From the NCBI GenBank assembly GCA_032128875.1, contig JAVLKG010000004.1:544001-608000 (forward strand): a stretch of DNA of 64,000 nucleotides, in the 5' to 3' direction. Position numbers and translations under genes: made by a program. Positions 1-8,561 of this stretch are shown here, piece by piece. Source of the DNA: Candidatus Melainabacteria bacterium 17Bon1m. GTDB taxonomy: Bacteria; Cyanobacteriota; Vampirovibrionia; Obscuribacterales; Obscuribacteraceae. Below the pieces are notes generated by a model, which saw nothing but the letters and a program-made list of their open reading frames with translations, was not told the origin of the DNA and made no database searches. How positions within the stretch are numbered: position 1 is the stretch's first letter; each line of letters begins with the position of its first letter.

Positions 1-152
1 ACGCTGCGCCCGATTATCTCTTCTGCCTTGCTGTTGTAGACGATGAAATTGCACTTGTCGTCAGCAACAATGACACCGTCCACCATGTTGTCCAAAATAA
101 GCCGAAGCGTGTCGAAATTGACGATCGGTTTGGCTTTGACATCAATACTCAT
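1..152 (-). CDS. 5' fragment of a PAS-domain signalling protein (runs off the left edge)
   Basis: Manual translation from ATG at 152: MSIDVKAKPIVNFDTLRLILDNMVDGVIVADDKCNFIVYNSKAEEIIGRS. This is a typical PAS start (ILDNM.DGVIV.D...N..AE.I.G), with SD-like AGGTGA upstream. Not in the ORF track because it is truncated. Confidence 0.8.
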   Translation of the reverse strand, partial: MSIDVKAKPIVNFDTLRLILDNMVDGVIVADDKCNFIVYNSKAEEIIGRS

Positions 153-208
153 AAATCACCTGAAAGGCTAGATATCGCTGATATCTGGAATACCACCGCA
201 ATAGAAAA

Positions 209-224
209 TCAATCAACTGATTGA
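209..224. promoter_or_regulatory. Inverted repeat TCAATCA-AC-TGATTGA, candidate TetR operator
   Basis: Perfect 7-2-7 palindrome between the divergent PAS and TetR genes, directly next to the minus-strand -10 box. Confidence 0.6.
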
Positions 225-262
225 ATCATACAGTTGACATGTTTTTCCTGTCAAGTTAGGCT
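225..262. promoter_or_regulatory. Overlapping divergent sigma70-type promoters
   Basis: Plus strand: TTGACA (234-239), 17 nt, TAGGCT (257-262). Minus strand: TTGACA (254-249), 18 nt, TATGAT (230-225). Confidence 0.65.
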
Positions 263-286
263 GGAGCGAGAGGTTGCTTTACACTG

Positions 287-916
287 ATGCCGACAAAAGC
301 AGACACTAAGAATCACATTCTCGATGTTGCCGAAAAACACTTTGCCAGAGACGGTTTTGCCGGAACATCTCTGCGAGCGATAATCAAAGAGTCTAATGTG
401 AATGTTGCCGCCATCGCTTACCACTTCGGCAACAAAGAAGATTTGTATAAGGCAGTAACTGAACGCTTTGCTGTGCCTGTGGTTATTGAGCAGCTTAAAC
501 GCTTGCGTTCTGTTACCGCCAGCGATAATTCCACGCTTGAAGATGTTCTAGCCGCGTTCTACGAACCACCGCTCAAACTTATTAAGAAGTTGGGGAAGAA
601 AGGAGAGACGCTCTCTATGTTTCTCGGGCGAGCTCAGACAGAGCCAGAGCCGGTCTATTCGCTAGTCGATAGTCACTATGCTGCTTGCCGCGACGAGTTT
701 ATAGATGCAATCAAGAGATTTGTGCCCGACTTGAGCGAAACCGAGTACCAATGGCGCTTTGAGTTCATGCTCAGCCTTATTGTTTGCTTTCTCACCAGGC
801 ACAGACCGGTTATGGCCCGCTACACACAAGATCCAGACTGGAAACCGGAGAATGTGACGTCGACTCTGTCCTCGTTTTGCCTGGCTGGTATGAAAGCTAT
901 GAAGGCGAAAGTTTAA
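287..916 (+). CDS. TetR/AcrR family transcriptional regulator (PsrA-like)
   Basis: N-terminal HTH ILDVAEKHFARDGFAGTSLRAI...VNVAAIAYHFGNKEDLY. Confidence 0.92.
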   Translation: MPTKADTKNHILDVAEKHFARDGFAGTSLRAIIKESNVNVAAIAYHFGNKEDLYKAVTERFAVPVVIEQLKRLRSVTASDNSTLEDVLAAFYEPPLKLIKKLGKKGETLSMFLGRAQTEPEPVYSLVDSHYAACRDEFIDAIKRFVPDLSETEYQWRFEFMLSLIVCFLTRHRPVMARYTQDPDWKPENVTSTLSSFCLAGMKAMKAKV

Positions 917-977
917 TGAAAGGAACATTCCTAACCTAAATGCGGTCGCTAGATTTAGGTTAGGAGTCAGGTGTCAT

Positions 978-2324
978 ATGAGTTCGTCAGTGATCTATAA
1001 AAAATCCCCGCCAAAGATTGAGGGGAAAGTCGGTAGCGGAATATTTTCCATTTTTAAAAACAAAAATTACGCTCTCTATTTTGGTGGGCAGTTCATTTCG
1101 CTGATAGGAACCTGGATGCAGATGGTGGCACTCTCATGGTTCACTTACACTCTTACTAATTCGCCACTGCTATTAGCCATTGTCGGCGCCTCGAGCCAGT
1201 TGCCATCACTGGTCGTGATGCCTTTCGCCGGAGTTTTCGCAGACAGGCTAGATAGGAAGAAGGTTATTGTCATTGTGCAGTGCCTCGCGATGTTCGAGGC
1301 GTCACTGTTGGCTTTTCTCACTCTAACCAATCAAGTTCAAGTTTGGCATCTGATTGCGCTGGGAGTCTTTGCAGGCGTTATCAGCGCGTTTGACATGCCC
1401 ACACGCTCGGCGTTCGTGTTCGATCTTGTCGATAACAAAGAAGATCTGCCGGCCGCAATTGCAATGAATTCGACTTTGATGAATGTCACTCGATTGATCG
1501 GCCCGGCGTTGGCTGGTTTTATTGTTGCGTTTGTGGGAACAGGCATGTGCTTTTTAATCAACGCGTTGAGCTACATCGCAGTGATTTGGGCGCTACTGCT
1601 GATCAAGGACAAAACGACCAGTGATGAGAAATACCAAAAAAGTAAAGCCGTAAGAGAAGGTTCCATTTTTAGCGAATTGAAAGCCGGTTTTAACTATGTC
1701 GCCAGGACACGGGCGGTACGCCAACTTATTGTCCATCTCGGTGTCTTTGGAATCGGTGGTATGGCTTATGCAATGCTCTTACCGGTATTTGTTCGCGAGA
1801 TTCATGGCGACTCGAATACACTGGGATACCTGATGTCAGGCTCGGCGATAGGTTCTCTCTGTGCAACACTCTTGCTGGCGTCCCGTAAATCGGTGGTTGG
1901 TTTGAGCCGTTGGATCAGTGTGAGCTCGTTTGCTTTTTCGTTTTTTCTGATTGGATTTTCGTTCGTTAACAGCTTCTGGCCAGCCATGTTCGTATTGGCG
2001 GCAATTGGTGCCTGCATGATGCTTCAAATGGCTTCGATAAACACGATACTGCAAACCATTGTTGAAGAAGACAAACGCGGAAGGGTAATGAGCCTTTTCA
2101 CAATGGCCTTCATGGGCGCGGCTCCTATAGGCAGTCTTGGTGCTGGTGCATTAGCTAACAAGATTGGTCTATCGCACACTCTTTTGCTTTGTGGAATTTA
2201 TTGCTTGTGCGTTTCCGTCGTCTTCTATCGCGCTCTGCCACAATGGCGAAAAGAAACAAGACCCATCTACATCGAGAAGGGTCTGTTAATAGCAGAAGAG
2301 GAAGCCGAAATTCTGGCTCGCTAA
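978..2324 (+). CDS. MFS transporter (MFS_3 / H+ antiporter-like)
   Basis: About 12 hydrophobic segments, motif A GVFADRLDRKK, and GQFISLIGTWMQ; SD AGGAG upstream. Confidence 0.92.
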   Translation: MSSSVIYKKSPPKIEGKVGSGIFSIFKNKNYALYFGGQFISLIGTWMQMVALSWFTYTLTNSPLLLAIVGASSQLPSLVVMPFAGVFADRLDRKKVIVIVQCLAMFEASLLAFLTLTNQVQVWHLIALGVFAGVISAFDMPTRSAFVFDLVDNKEDLPAAIAMNSTLMNVTRLIGPALAGFIVAFVGTGMCFLINALSYIAVIWALLLIKDKTTSDEKYQKSKAVREGSIFSELKAGFNYVARTRAVRQLIVHLGVFGIGGMAYAMLLPVFVREIHGDSNTLGYLMSGSAIGSLCATLLLASRKSVVGLSRWISVSSFAFSFFLIGFSFVNSFWPAMFVLAAIGACMMLQMASINTILQTIVEEDKRGRVMSLFTMAFMGAAPIGSLGAGALANKIGLSHTLLLCGIYCLCVSVVFYRALPQWRKETRPIYIEKGLLIAEEEAEILAR

Positions 2325-2347
2325 GCTAAAGCTGACTCGCCGAGCAG

Positions 2348-2656
2348 CTAAACCAGAATCTCTTCCAGTCGAGTGTTTTCTCCACCTTCGGCAACTAAGC
2401 CGACACGCTCTTTCACAAGACGCTCATAATGTGGCGTTTTGCTATGCGCATCGAGATGTGCGGCGGTCTGCCAAAGTTCGTAGAAAAAGAACGTGTCATT
2501 CTTGTCATTGGAGTAAAGCTGATAGGCAATGCAACCTGGTTCTTTCCTTGTCGGCTCGATCATTCTAGTGAGCACTTCTTTCAGCTCTTCTTCTTTGCCG
2601 GGAACTGACTTCACCTTAACGATCAAGCACAAAGGTTTTCCATTGCTGGAACTCAT
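2348..2656 (-). CDS. Antibiotic biosynthesis monooxygenase (ABM) / putative quinol monooxygenase
   Basis: PGKEEEL...TRKEPGCIAYQL...FFFYELW...LDAHSKTPH signature; SD GGAGGAG. Confidence 0.88.
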   Translation of the reverse strand: MSSSNGKPLCLIVKVKSVPGKEEELKEVLTRMIEPTRKEPGCIAYQLYSNDKNDTFFFYELWQTAAHLDAHSKTPHYERLVKERVGLVAEGGENTRLEEILV

Positions 2657-2695
2657 ACACTCCTCCGCAATTTCACAATCAACTTAGGGCAGACC

Positions 2696-2857
2696 TTACG
2701 AAACCGGTCCACCTGCGCAGCCTGGATGCCCGCATTGGCAAGGAGCATCTGGCAGAGCGCCTGCAATCTTGCAGTTCTCGCTGCAATAGTCTTCATTGGG
2801 CTGACACGTGCAACCGCAGCTCGGATTGCCGCAATCTTCCAGGTCGTTCTCGTTCAT
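2696..2857 (-). CDS. Small Cys-rich metallothionein-like protein (53 aa)
   Basis: MNENDLEDCGNPSCGCTCQPNEDYCSENCKIAGALPDAPCQCGHPGCAGGPVS has 9 Cys and 1 His, with CxC, YCSxxC and CxCGHxxC motifs. SD-like AGGAAG precedes the ATG at 2857. Confidence 0.7.
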   Translation of the reverse strand: MNENDLEDCGNPSCGCTCQPNEDYCSENCKIAGALPDAPCQCGHPGCAGGPVS

Positions 2858-3091
2858 TTCACATGGCTTCCTATAATTTCGGGGCGGCACAACATTCGCC
2901 CGTTAGACCTTATTTTAAATGCTCGGTTCCCAGCCCGAACATTCAGTTTTGAATTTGATACGAGATATACCGATTCGCATCTATCAAATAGATAAAAATG
3001 ACATCCAATTGATGGTTGTCAGCAGAGCGCCAGGAATATAATTACAAGTTCGCCACACAAAAAGCCCGCCTAGAGGGGAGCAAAGAGCCAG

Positions 3092-3541
3092 ATGAACGAA
3101 TCCAAGAATGACGGCGCTGCCGCCACAAAAGACCAACAGGACCAAAAACCGGCAGTAGACAGACGTCGTGCTTCTTTACCCCAACCTGATTTCTCCCACT
3201 ACAAGAAAGCAGAAGCGTGGCCAGGTCCTAAATACTTGTTTGTTGGACATTCCTACAACGTTGAGCTCGACAATAAAGAAGGAGAAGGCGTCGACAACCG
3301 CGCCGGCGCCATTAAGGCTCTGTTCTCCAAAGACGTCAAATGGATCCCCGTTGCCGAAGCTCTCGGCAATCAAAACTTTAGTGGGACTCTCAGCCGATTC
3401 GAGCATGATCTTTTGAGCAGATTGCCCGAAAGTTCGCTTGTCGGTGAAGCAATAAGCACGACCGACGGCACCGAGATCAAACATTCTTTCACTATCTGGC
3501 GTGAAGAGCGTCGGGGTCGACGCGAAGACAGAAAGGCTTAA
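3092..3541 (+). CDS. Hypothetical protein
   Basis: 149-aa ORF with SD GAGGGGAG; no family recognised. Confidence 0.6.
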   Translation: MNESKNDGAAATKDQQDQKPAVDRRRASLPQPDFSHYKKAEAWPGPKYLFVGHSYNVELDNKEGEGVDNRAGAIKALFSKDVKWIPVAEALGNQNFSGTLSRFEHDLLSRLPESSLVGEAISTTDGTEIKHSFTIWREERRGRREDRKA

Positions 3542-3583
3542 GAGTAAACTTAAGCCCTTCGGTTACAGCTAAATTTCTGAAGT

Positions 3584-4297
3584 CTATGCGAAAACTTCCG
3601 CAAGGAAGTTCTCCATTGCTTTCCAGGATCGTCTTGCCGCTGCTTCGTTGTACAAAATGCCTCTTTCAGGCTGATTTGCTTGAGGCGCGGTGAACGCATG
3701 CATGGTTCCACCGTAACCATGAATTTGCCAATCTGCCTTAGCATCGCTGAATTCTTTGGCTACGCCAACGACCTGATCCGGTGTCGCCATAGGATCGTCC
3801 CAGCCGTGCAAAATCAAAGTCTTGGCTTTGATCTCTTTTTGTGGTCCCAGATTCGGTGGGAAGAACAGTCCATGAAAACTAACCACGCCTTTGACGTCTG
3901 CACCACATCGGGCCACGTCTAAAACACACAAACCACCAAAGCAATAGCCGATGGCTGCAATTCTAGTAGCGTCTACCATTGGATGCTTCTTGGCGGACTC
4001 AACTGCTGCAAGAAGACGTGTTTTCAATTCAGCGCGGTCATCGAGTAGTGGTTTCATCAAATGAGTGTTGTCGCCGGTCGGATCGCCTCTAAGTCCTTTG
4101 CCGTACACATCTGCACAGAAGCCGACATAACCAAGCTTTGCCAACTTCTCGGCAGTTTCGTGATCGGCTTCACCCTGTCCAGCCCAAGCATGGCAAATAA
4201 TTACGCACGGCCGCTTGTTTGAATTCGCTTCGTCGAAAGCCACATAAGATTCGAATGTGTTACTTCCTGAGGTGTAATCAAGATATTCCGTCTTCAT
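3584..4297 (-). CDS. Dienelactone hydrolase family protein
   Basis: Nucleophile motif GYCFGG, SFHG, LILHGWDD and HAFT catalytic His. Confidence 0.92.
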   Translation of the reverse strand: MKTEYLDYTSGSNTFESYVAFDEANSNKRPCVIICHAWAGQGEADHETAEKLAKLGYVGFCADVYGKGLRGDPTGDNTHLMKPLLDDRAELKTRLLAAVESAKKHPMVDATRIAAIGYCFGGLCVLDVARCGADVKGVVSFHGLFFPPNLGPQKEIKAKTLILHGWDDPMATPDQVVGVAKEFSDAKADWQIHGYGGTMHAFTAPQANQPERGILYNEAAARRSWKAMENFLAEVFA

Positions 4298-4380
4298 GCT
4301 GGTGCCTCAAATCAATAAAACGCTAAGTATAATCCCGTGATTTGGCGAAATTCATTCAATATTTCAGGTTGCTTTATTGA

Positions 4381-4450
4381 GTTAGAAAAAAGGTCGTTAA
4401 CGGTCTTTTTTCCTGGCGGAAATTACTGCGTTAACGGTCTTTTTTCTAGC
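4381..4450. repeat. 18-bp direct repeat CGTTAACGGTCTTTTTTC x2 combined with an inverted arm
   Basis: Identical copies at 4395-4412 and 4429-4446. The upstream arm GTTAGAAAAAAGGTCG is complementary, with G-U pairs, to either copy. Confidence 0.85.
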
Positions 4451-4550
4451 CAACCTAATTCAAGCTCACTTGGCAGCGCCGTCGGTTGACCGGTGTCTAG
4501 GTATGGTATAGGTTCAGTAGGTATTACTACTTCTGCTTGGTGGAGAGAAA

Positions 4551-5165
4551 ATGCATAAATGCCCGACTTGCAAAGTTCCGCTGCACGGCTGGGAAGAGAA
4601 CTGTCCTTCCTGTGGTACCAAGCAGGTTGTGCGCGATTCCAAGCGCTCTTATGGGGGGCAACAAACACCGGGCGTCAATGTCATGCCATTCGTGATCGGA
4701 TTCTTTGTAATAGGCATAGGCGCAATGATTGCCATGAACAGTAGCTGGATTGGCGAAGTAATGCGTCGCGGTCCTGAGCCTCAAGATCCGTTGGGTGGAG
4801 TCAACCAAATTCAAGCACGGCAGTTGATCGAGCAAAAGATCACAGAAGGGTTAACTGCAGTCGGTGCCAAAGGAAAGTTTAGCTGGAATGTCGGAGGGCA
4901 GCCTGGAGATATCAATTCTCCTGCTCCTATTGAATTGACAGTTGATACTTCACTGGCCGACAGAAATTCAAGAACGCAAATCATTGATCCGATCAAAGAT
5001 TATATGGAGAGAGCCAAGATTCCGACTTTGACTATGAATGATGCGAAGTCGCATTCTACCTGGACCTATACATGCCAGTTGCGTTCAACATCGCCTGAAG
5101 ATAATTCAGATGGACTTCCACCACAGCCGCAAGCTGAAGGAGAAGCACAAGCTCCTGCGCAATAA
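4551..5165 (+). CDS. Zinc-ribbon, single-TM membrane protein
   Basis: CPTC...CPSC at the N-terminus, hydrophobic VMPFVIGFFVIGIGAMIAM, then a soluble domain; SD GGAGAG. Confidence 0.8.
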   Translation: MHKCPTCKVPLHGWEENCPSCGTKQVVRDSKRSYGGQQTPGVNVMPFVIGFFVIGIGAMIAMNSSWIGEVMRRGPEPQDPLGGVNQIQARQLIEQKITEGLTAVGAKGKFSWNVGGQPGDINSPAPIELTVDTSLADRNSRTQIIDPIKDYMERAKIPTLTMNDAKSHSTWTYTCQLRSTSPEDNSDGLPPQPQAEGEAQAPAQ

Positions 5166-5168
5166 GCG

Positions 5169-6473
5169 TCAGAGTTTCTGATTCGCTTTTCTAGAACTCT
5201 TTTTCTGTCCGACTTTCACAACACGCAGGCACGTTTCTGTTATGTGTGGTGCGGTGTCTTTTAAGTGTGCGATCTTCGCGAATGTGTTGCTGAGTCCGCT
5301 TCGCTGTCCTGATTCCTCTTGTATCAAGTCCAAGTCGACTCCAGGCTTTTCGCTGAAAGACATATTGCAGATCAATTTCGCTGGCACTTTGTGCCCGATG
5401 AATCCCGTATCAATATCTGTAAAATCGATGGTCTGCAGACGATGCTTTGCTTGTTTCATTGTCTCCTTGAAAGCAGCATCATCAGCTTCTGCTTCTTTCT
5501 TCTCATCGCTATCGTTTTCTGGTCTGTTACCCATAACCTGACTCAGCATGCCGCTTAGAGAGTCTGCGCATTCCCCAAGCCGAGTGTAGCCACCGTGCAC
5601 GATTTGTGAGAGCGCTAGTGCTTTGTCACGGCGTGACATATAGAGTCTGATTTTTGCAGTACCTTTTGGATTGAAATAACGACGCGCGTAATGCTTCACC
5701 AATCCAGAATCTACATCTGGACATATCATGGCGAATTCGGTGACATAGTGTCGATCTCGCAAGACTGGGATGGCACGAACCAAAAGCCTGCTTCCCATGC
5801 TGTGTGCCATTAATCTGACTTTGATGTCGTGGTCATCTTTACACATGTCATCGAGAGAGCAAATCATGTCGTTGAAATGCTCTTGGCTCCATTCAACATT
5901 ACACTCGTCAGAAGAATATGCACGAAGTTTCGCAACGGAAGGCCATGAATATAAAATCGTCGGTCGTTCAGCGTTATACGAAAGCCAAGCCGCAGTGTGT
6001 GCGGCACTTTGAAATGAATTTTTGTAGCCGTGTATGAAAACAAAAACATTCTTGTCTGGAGTAAGTTCACAGTGCTCTCTTACTGTTCCGTAAAACTTAG
6101 CTGCAGTTTCTTCGTGTGTTTCCGCTTGAATGAGGGCGCTCGAAACCAAGCCTTCTTTTTTGTTAGCTGTAACTGCCTGCCAACCCATGCTTTTCAGTGC
6201 GTCAGTGAGTGGCTTGTGGTCAACGTTTTCAATGACAACAGATGCAGTGCCAAGAAAAGGATCATGCAAACAATCACCAAGATATTTGCGGTGCGGTCCG
6301 AAAGAAAAACTCGTCTGTTTTGGATCACCGATCATATTTCTGTCAGTGAGGAAGAAAATCGGGACGCGCACATACTTCGCTATTGACTCCTCAGCACTTG
6401 CAGCGAGGCAGTGAAGGAAGCTTAGTGCGAAAGCAAAAAGGATTAGCGTCGCTTTGGAAAGCAAACTTTTCAT
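5169..6473 (-). CDS. Exported alpha/beta hydrolase (DUF900-like esterase)
   Basis: Signal peptide from ATG 6473 (MKSLLSKATLILFAFALSF...ASA), FFLTDR, VFIHGY, YSWPS and nucleophile AHSMG. Confidence 0.85.
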   Translation of the reverse strand: MKSLLSKATLILFAFALSFLHCLAASAEESIAKYVRVPIFFLTDRNMIGDPKQTSFSFGPHRKYLGDCLHDPFLGTASVVIENVDHKPLTDALKSMGWQAVTANKKEGLVSSALIQAETHEETAAKFYGTVREHCELTPDKNVFVFIHGYKNSFQSAAHTAAWLSYNAERPTILYSWPSVAKLRAYSSDECNVEWSQEHFNDMICSLDDMCKDDHDIKVRLMAHSMGSRLLVRAIPVLRDRHYVTEFAMICPDVDSGLVKHYARRYFNPKGTAKIRLYMSRRDKALALSQIVHGGYTRLGECADSLSGMLSQVMGNRPENDSDEKKEAEADDAAFKETMKQAKHRLQTIDFTDIDTGFIGHKVPAKLICNMSFSEKPGVDLDLIQEESGQRSGLSNTFAKIAHLKDTAPHITETCLRVVKVGQKKSSRKANQKL

Positions 6474-6549
6474 GAAAGACCCGGTCTGTAGGTGATTCAA
6501 CAGTGTATCTTTCAAGATCGTATTCGAAATTAAGCTATCATAATACGCT

Positions 6550-7617
6550 ATGTTGAGCCGCCAAACTCTTTACCAGTCAACATTTGCGTTATTGGCTTCG
6601 TTGCTCTGTGCGCTCCCGTGGTTCGCGCCTGCCCTCGCTAAAGAAGCGCCAACGGACGATATGGTCCTAATTCATGGTGGTCAGTTCATGATGGGAGGCG
6701 TTGGACCGCTTGCGCGAAAAGACGAATTTCCTCGGCATAAAGTGCGTGTGAAGAGCTTCTTCATCGACAAGACCGAAGTAACCAACGCACAATTCAAGAG
6801 ATTCATCGATGCCACAGGATACGTTACAACCGCTGAGAAGAAGCCAGATTGGGAAGAATTGAAGAAGCAATTGCCTGCAGGGTCAAAACCACCCGAAAAG
6901 GAACTACAGCCAGGCTCTCTCGTCTTTTCTGCGACCAAGGGTCCGGTTTCCCTGAGAGATTATTCTCAGTGGTGGAAGTGGGTAGATGGGGCAAACTGGC
7001 GGCATCCTGAGGGGCCATCTAGCTCAATTACAGGAAAAGACGATCATCCAGTCGTTCAAGTAAGCTGGGATGACGCAAATGCTTACTGCAAATGGGCTGG
7101 AAAACGACTGCCGACCGAGGCAGAATGGGAATACGCGGCTCGCGGTAACAAAGCATCAAAAGAATTCTCGTGGGGCGATAAAGCACCCTGCAATGCAAAC
7201 CCGCTCGCAAACCTTTGGCAGGGAGCCTTTCCCTACGAAAACAAAGGAACCGATAAGTACATCACCACTGCGCCGGTAAAATCGTTTTCGCCAAATGGAT
7301 ACGGGCTTTTCGACATGATTGGCAATGTATGGGAGTGGTGTTCAGACTGGTACAGAAGCGACTACTACGCCAGGTTGGCTACGAACGTATCAGTGAACCC
7401 GCAAGGTCCTACAGACAGCTACGATCCCGACGAACCCGAGTGTGAGAAGCGCGTCAAACGCGGTGGGTCTTTTCTGTGTTGCGAAAACTATTGCGCCAGC
7501 TATAGACCCTCCGCACGCATGAAGTGTTCACCGGATACCTCTCAAAATCACCTTGGTTTTCGTTGTGTCAAAGACGTTGAAATCAACACAGTTAAAGCCG
7601 TTAGAAGTGCAAATTAG
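6550..7617 (+). CDS. Formylglycine-generating enzyme (SUMF1/FGE-sulfatase family), exported
   Basis: RLPTEAEWEYAARG, GLFDMIGNVWEW, RGGSFLCCENYC and HLGFRC motifs; N-terminal signal peptide ending ALA. Confidence 0.92.
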   Translation: MLSRQTLYQSTFALLASLLCALPWFAPALAKEAPTDDMVLIHGGQFMMGGVGPLARKDEFPRHKVRVKSFFIDKTEVTNAQFKRFIDATGYVTTAEKKPDWEELKKQLPAGSKPPEKELQPGSLVFSATKGPVSLRDYSQWWKWVDGANWRHPEGPSSSITGKDDHPVVQVSWDDANAYCKWAGKRLPTEAEWEYAARGNKASKEFSWGDKAPCNANPLANLWQGAFPYENKGTDKYITTAPVKSFSPNGYGLFDMIGNVWEWCSDWYRSDYYARLATNVSVNPQGPTDSYDPDEPECEKRVKRGGSFLCCENYCASYRPSARMKCSPDTSQNHLGFRCVKDVEINTVKAVRSAN

Positions 7618-7692
7618 TTGAGTGATCTTGAGCCCTCTTTGCCTAAGTGATAATGTTTTTCACTTTGGTTCTTTTTTCCTGAGGTCAAGCTC

Positions 7693-8391
7693 ATGCGCTC
7701 ATCGTTTACGGTCGGTTTATTGTGTGCAGCAATTTTTGCAGCGCAGCCGATTACTTTTGCCGCCCCATCTGTCGACCATGGCGAAACCACAAGTGCTGCC
7801 GATGCTCAAGTAAAAGTCTGGCAGGCGGAAGAATGGGCAAAGACGCGCAATTCTCCTTGGCTGTCAAAAGAAGATGGTGAGCAAGAGAAGAAAACGCACA
7901 AGGCTCCGGTACGCAATCTCATCAAGGGCATTGCGAAAGGCACAGCCAAAGAACTCGGAACTAGTGCCTCTGATATGGCAAAAGATCTAGTTTTGGTATT
8001 TTCTGTTCAAGACATTGATCCATATGAGAAGAAAGGGATACCTAAAAACCGTCCCGCCATCGTTCTCGAATTCACTATGGTAGACGGCAGCAAATGCTTC
8101 CTTCGCCGTTTTCCTGATGGCAGCTATGCAATAGAAGATGGTTTTGCGGACGGAACAGTTCTCATTCCTCGTGAAGATACGGGAGATTACCTGGTTAAAT
8201 ACCCCAATGGTGTGCGCGGACGTATGGTTAAGCACGGCGATAACATAACAATCTTCCGCCCGGACAACACGACAACAACCGTTATTAAGACTGCCTCAGG
8301 TGGGTTCAAAGTTAATAACACCAAATTCGGTTACATGGGCGAAGCGCGACCCGATAGCACCGGAATTAATTATGAAACCGGACAATGGTAG
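7693..8391 (+). CDS. Exported hypothetical protein
   Basis: Signal peptide (MRSSFTVGLLCAAIFAA..TFA), then beta-hairpin-like xxDG/PNG repeats; SD GAGG. Confidence 0.7.
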   Translation: MRSSFTVGLLCAAIFAAQPITFAAPSVDHGETTSAADAQVKVWQAEEWAKTRNSPWLSKEDGEQEKKTHKAPVRNLIKGIAKGTAKELGTSASDMAKDLVLVFSVQDIDPYEKKGIPKNRPAIVLEFTMVDGSKCFLRRFPDGSYAIEDGFADGTVLIPREDTGDYLVKYPNGVRGRMVKHGDNITIFRPDNTTTTVIKTASGGFKVNNTKFGYMGEARPDSTGINYETGQW

Positions 8392-8561
8392 CATGCCAAT
8401 CGTAGAGCAGTAGTAGCACGCGGGTCCCGGTGTCGTCTGCAAGGCATTACCTGCGACCTTCGTGAGACCATCATAGTTCGCTAAAAGTCGTTGTCCAATT
8501 TTCAGGGGACTACGTATATATCCCACTGGAACGGCCAGGCATAATTTAGTGAGGGATAAGA

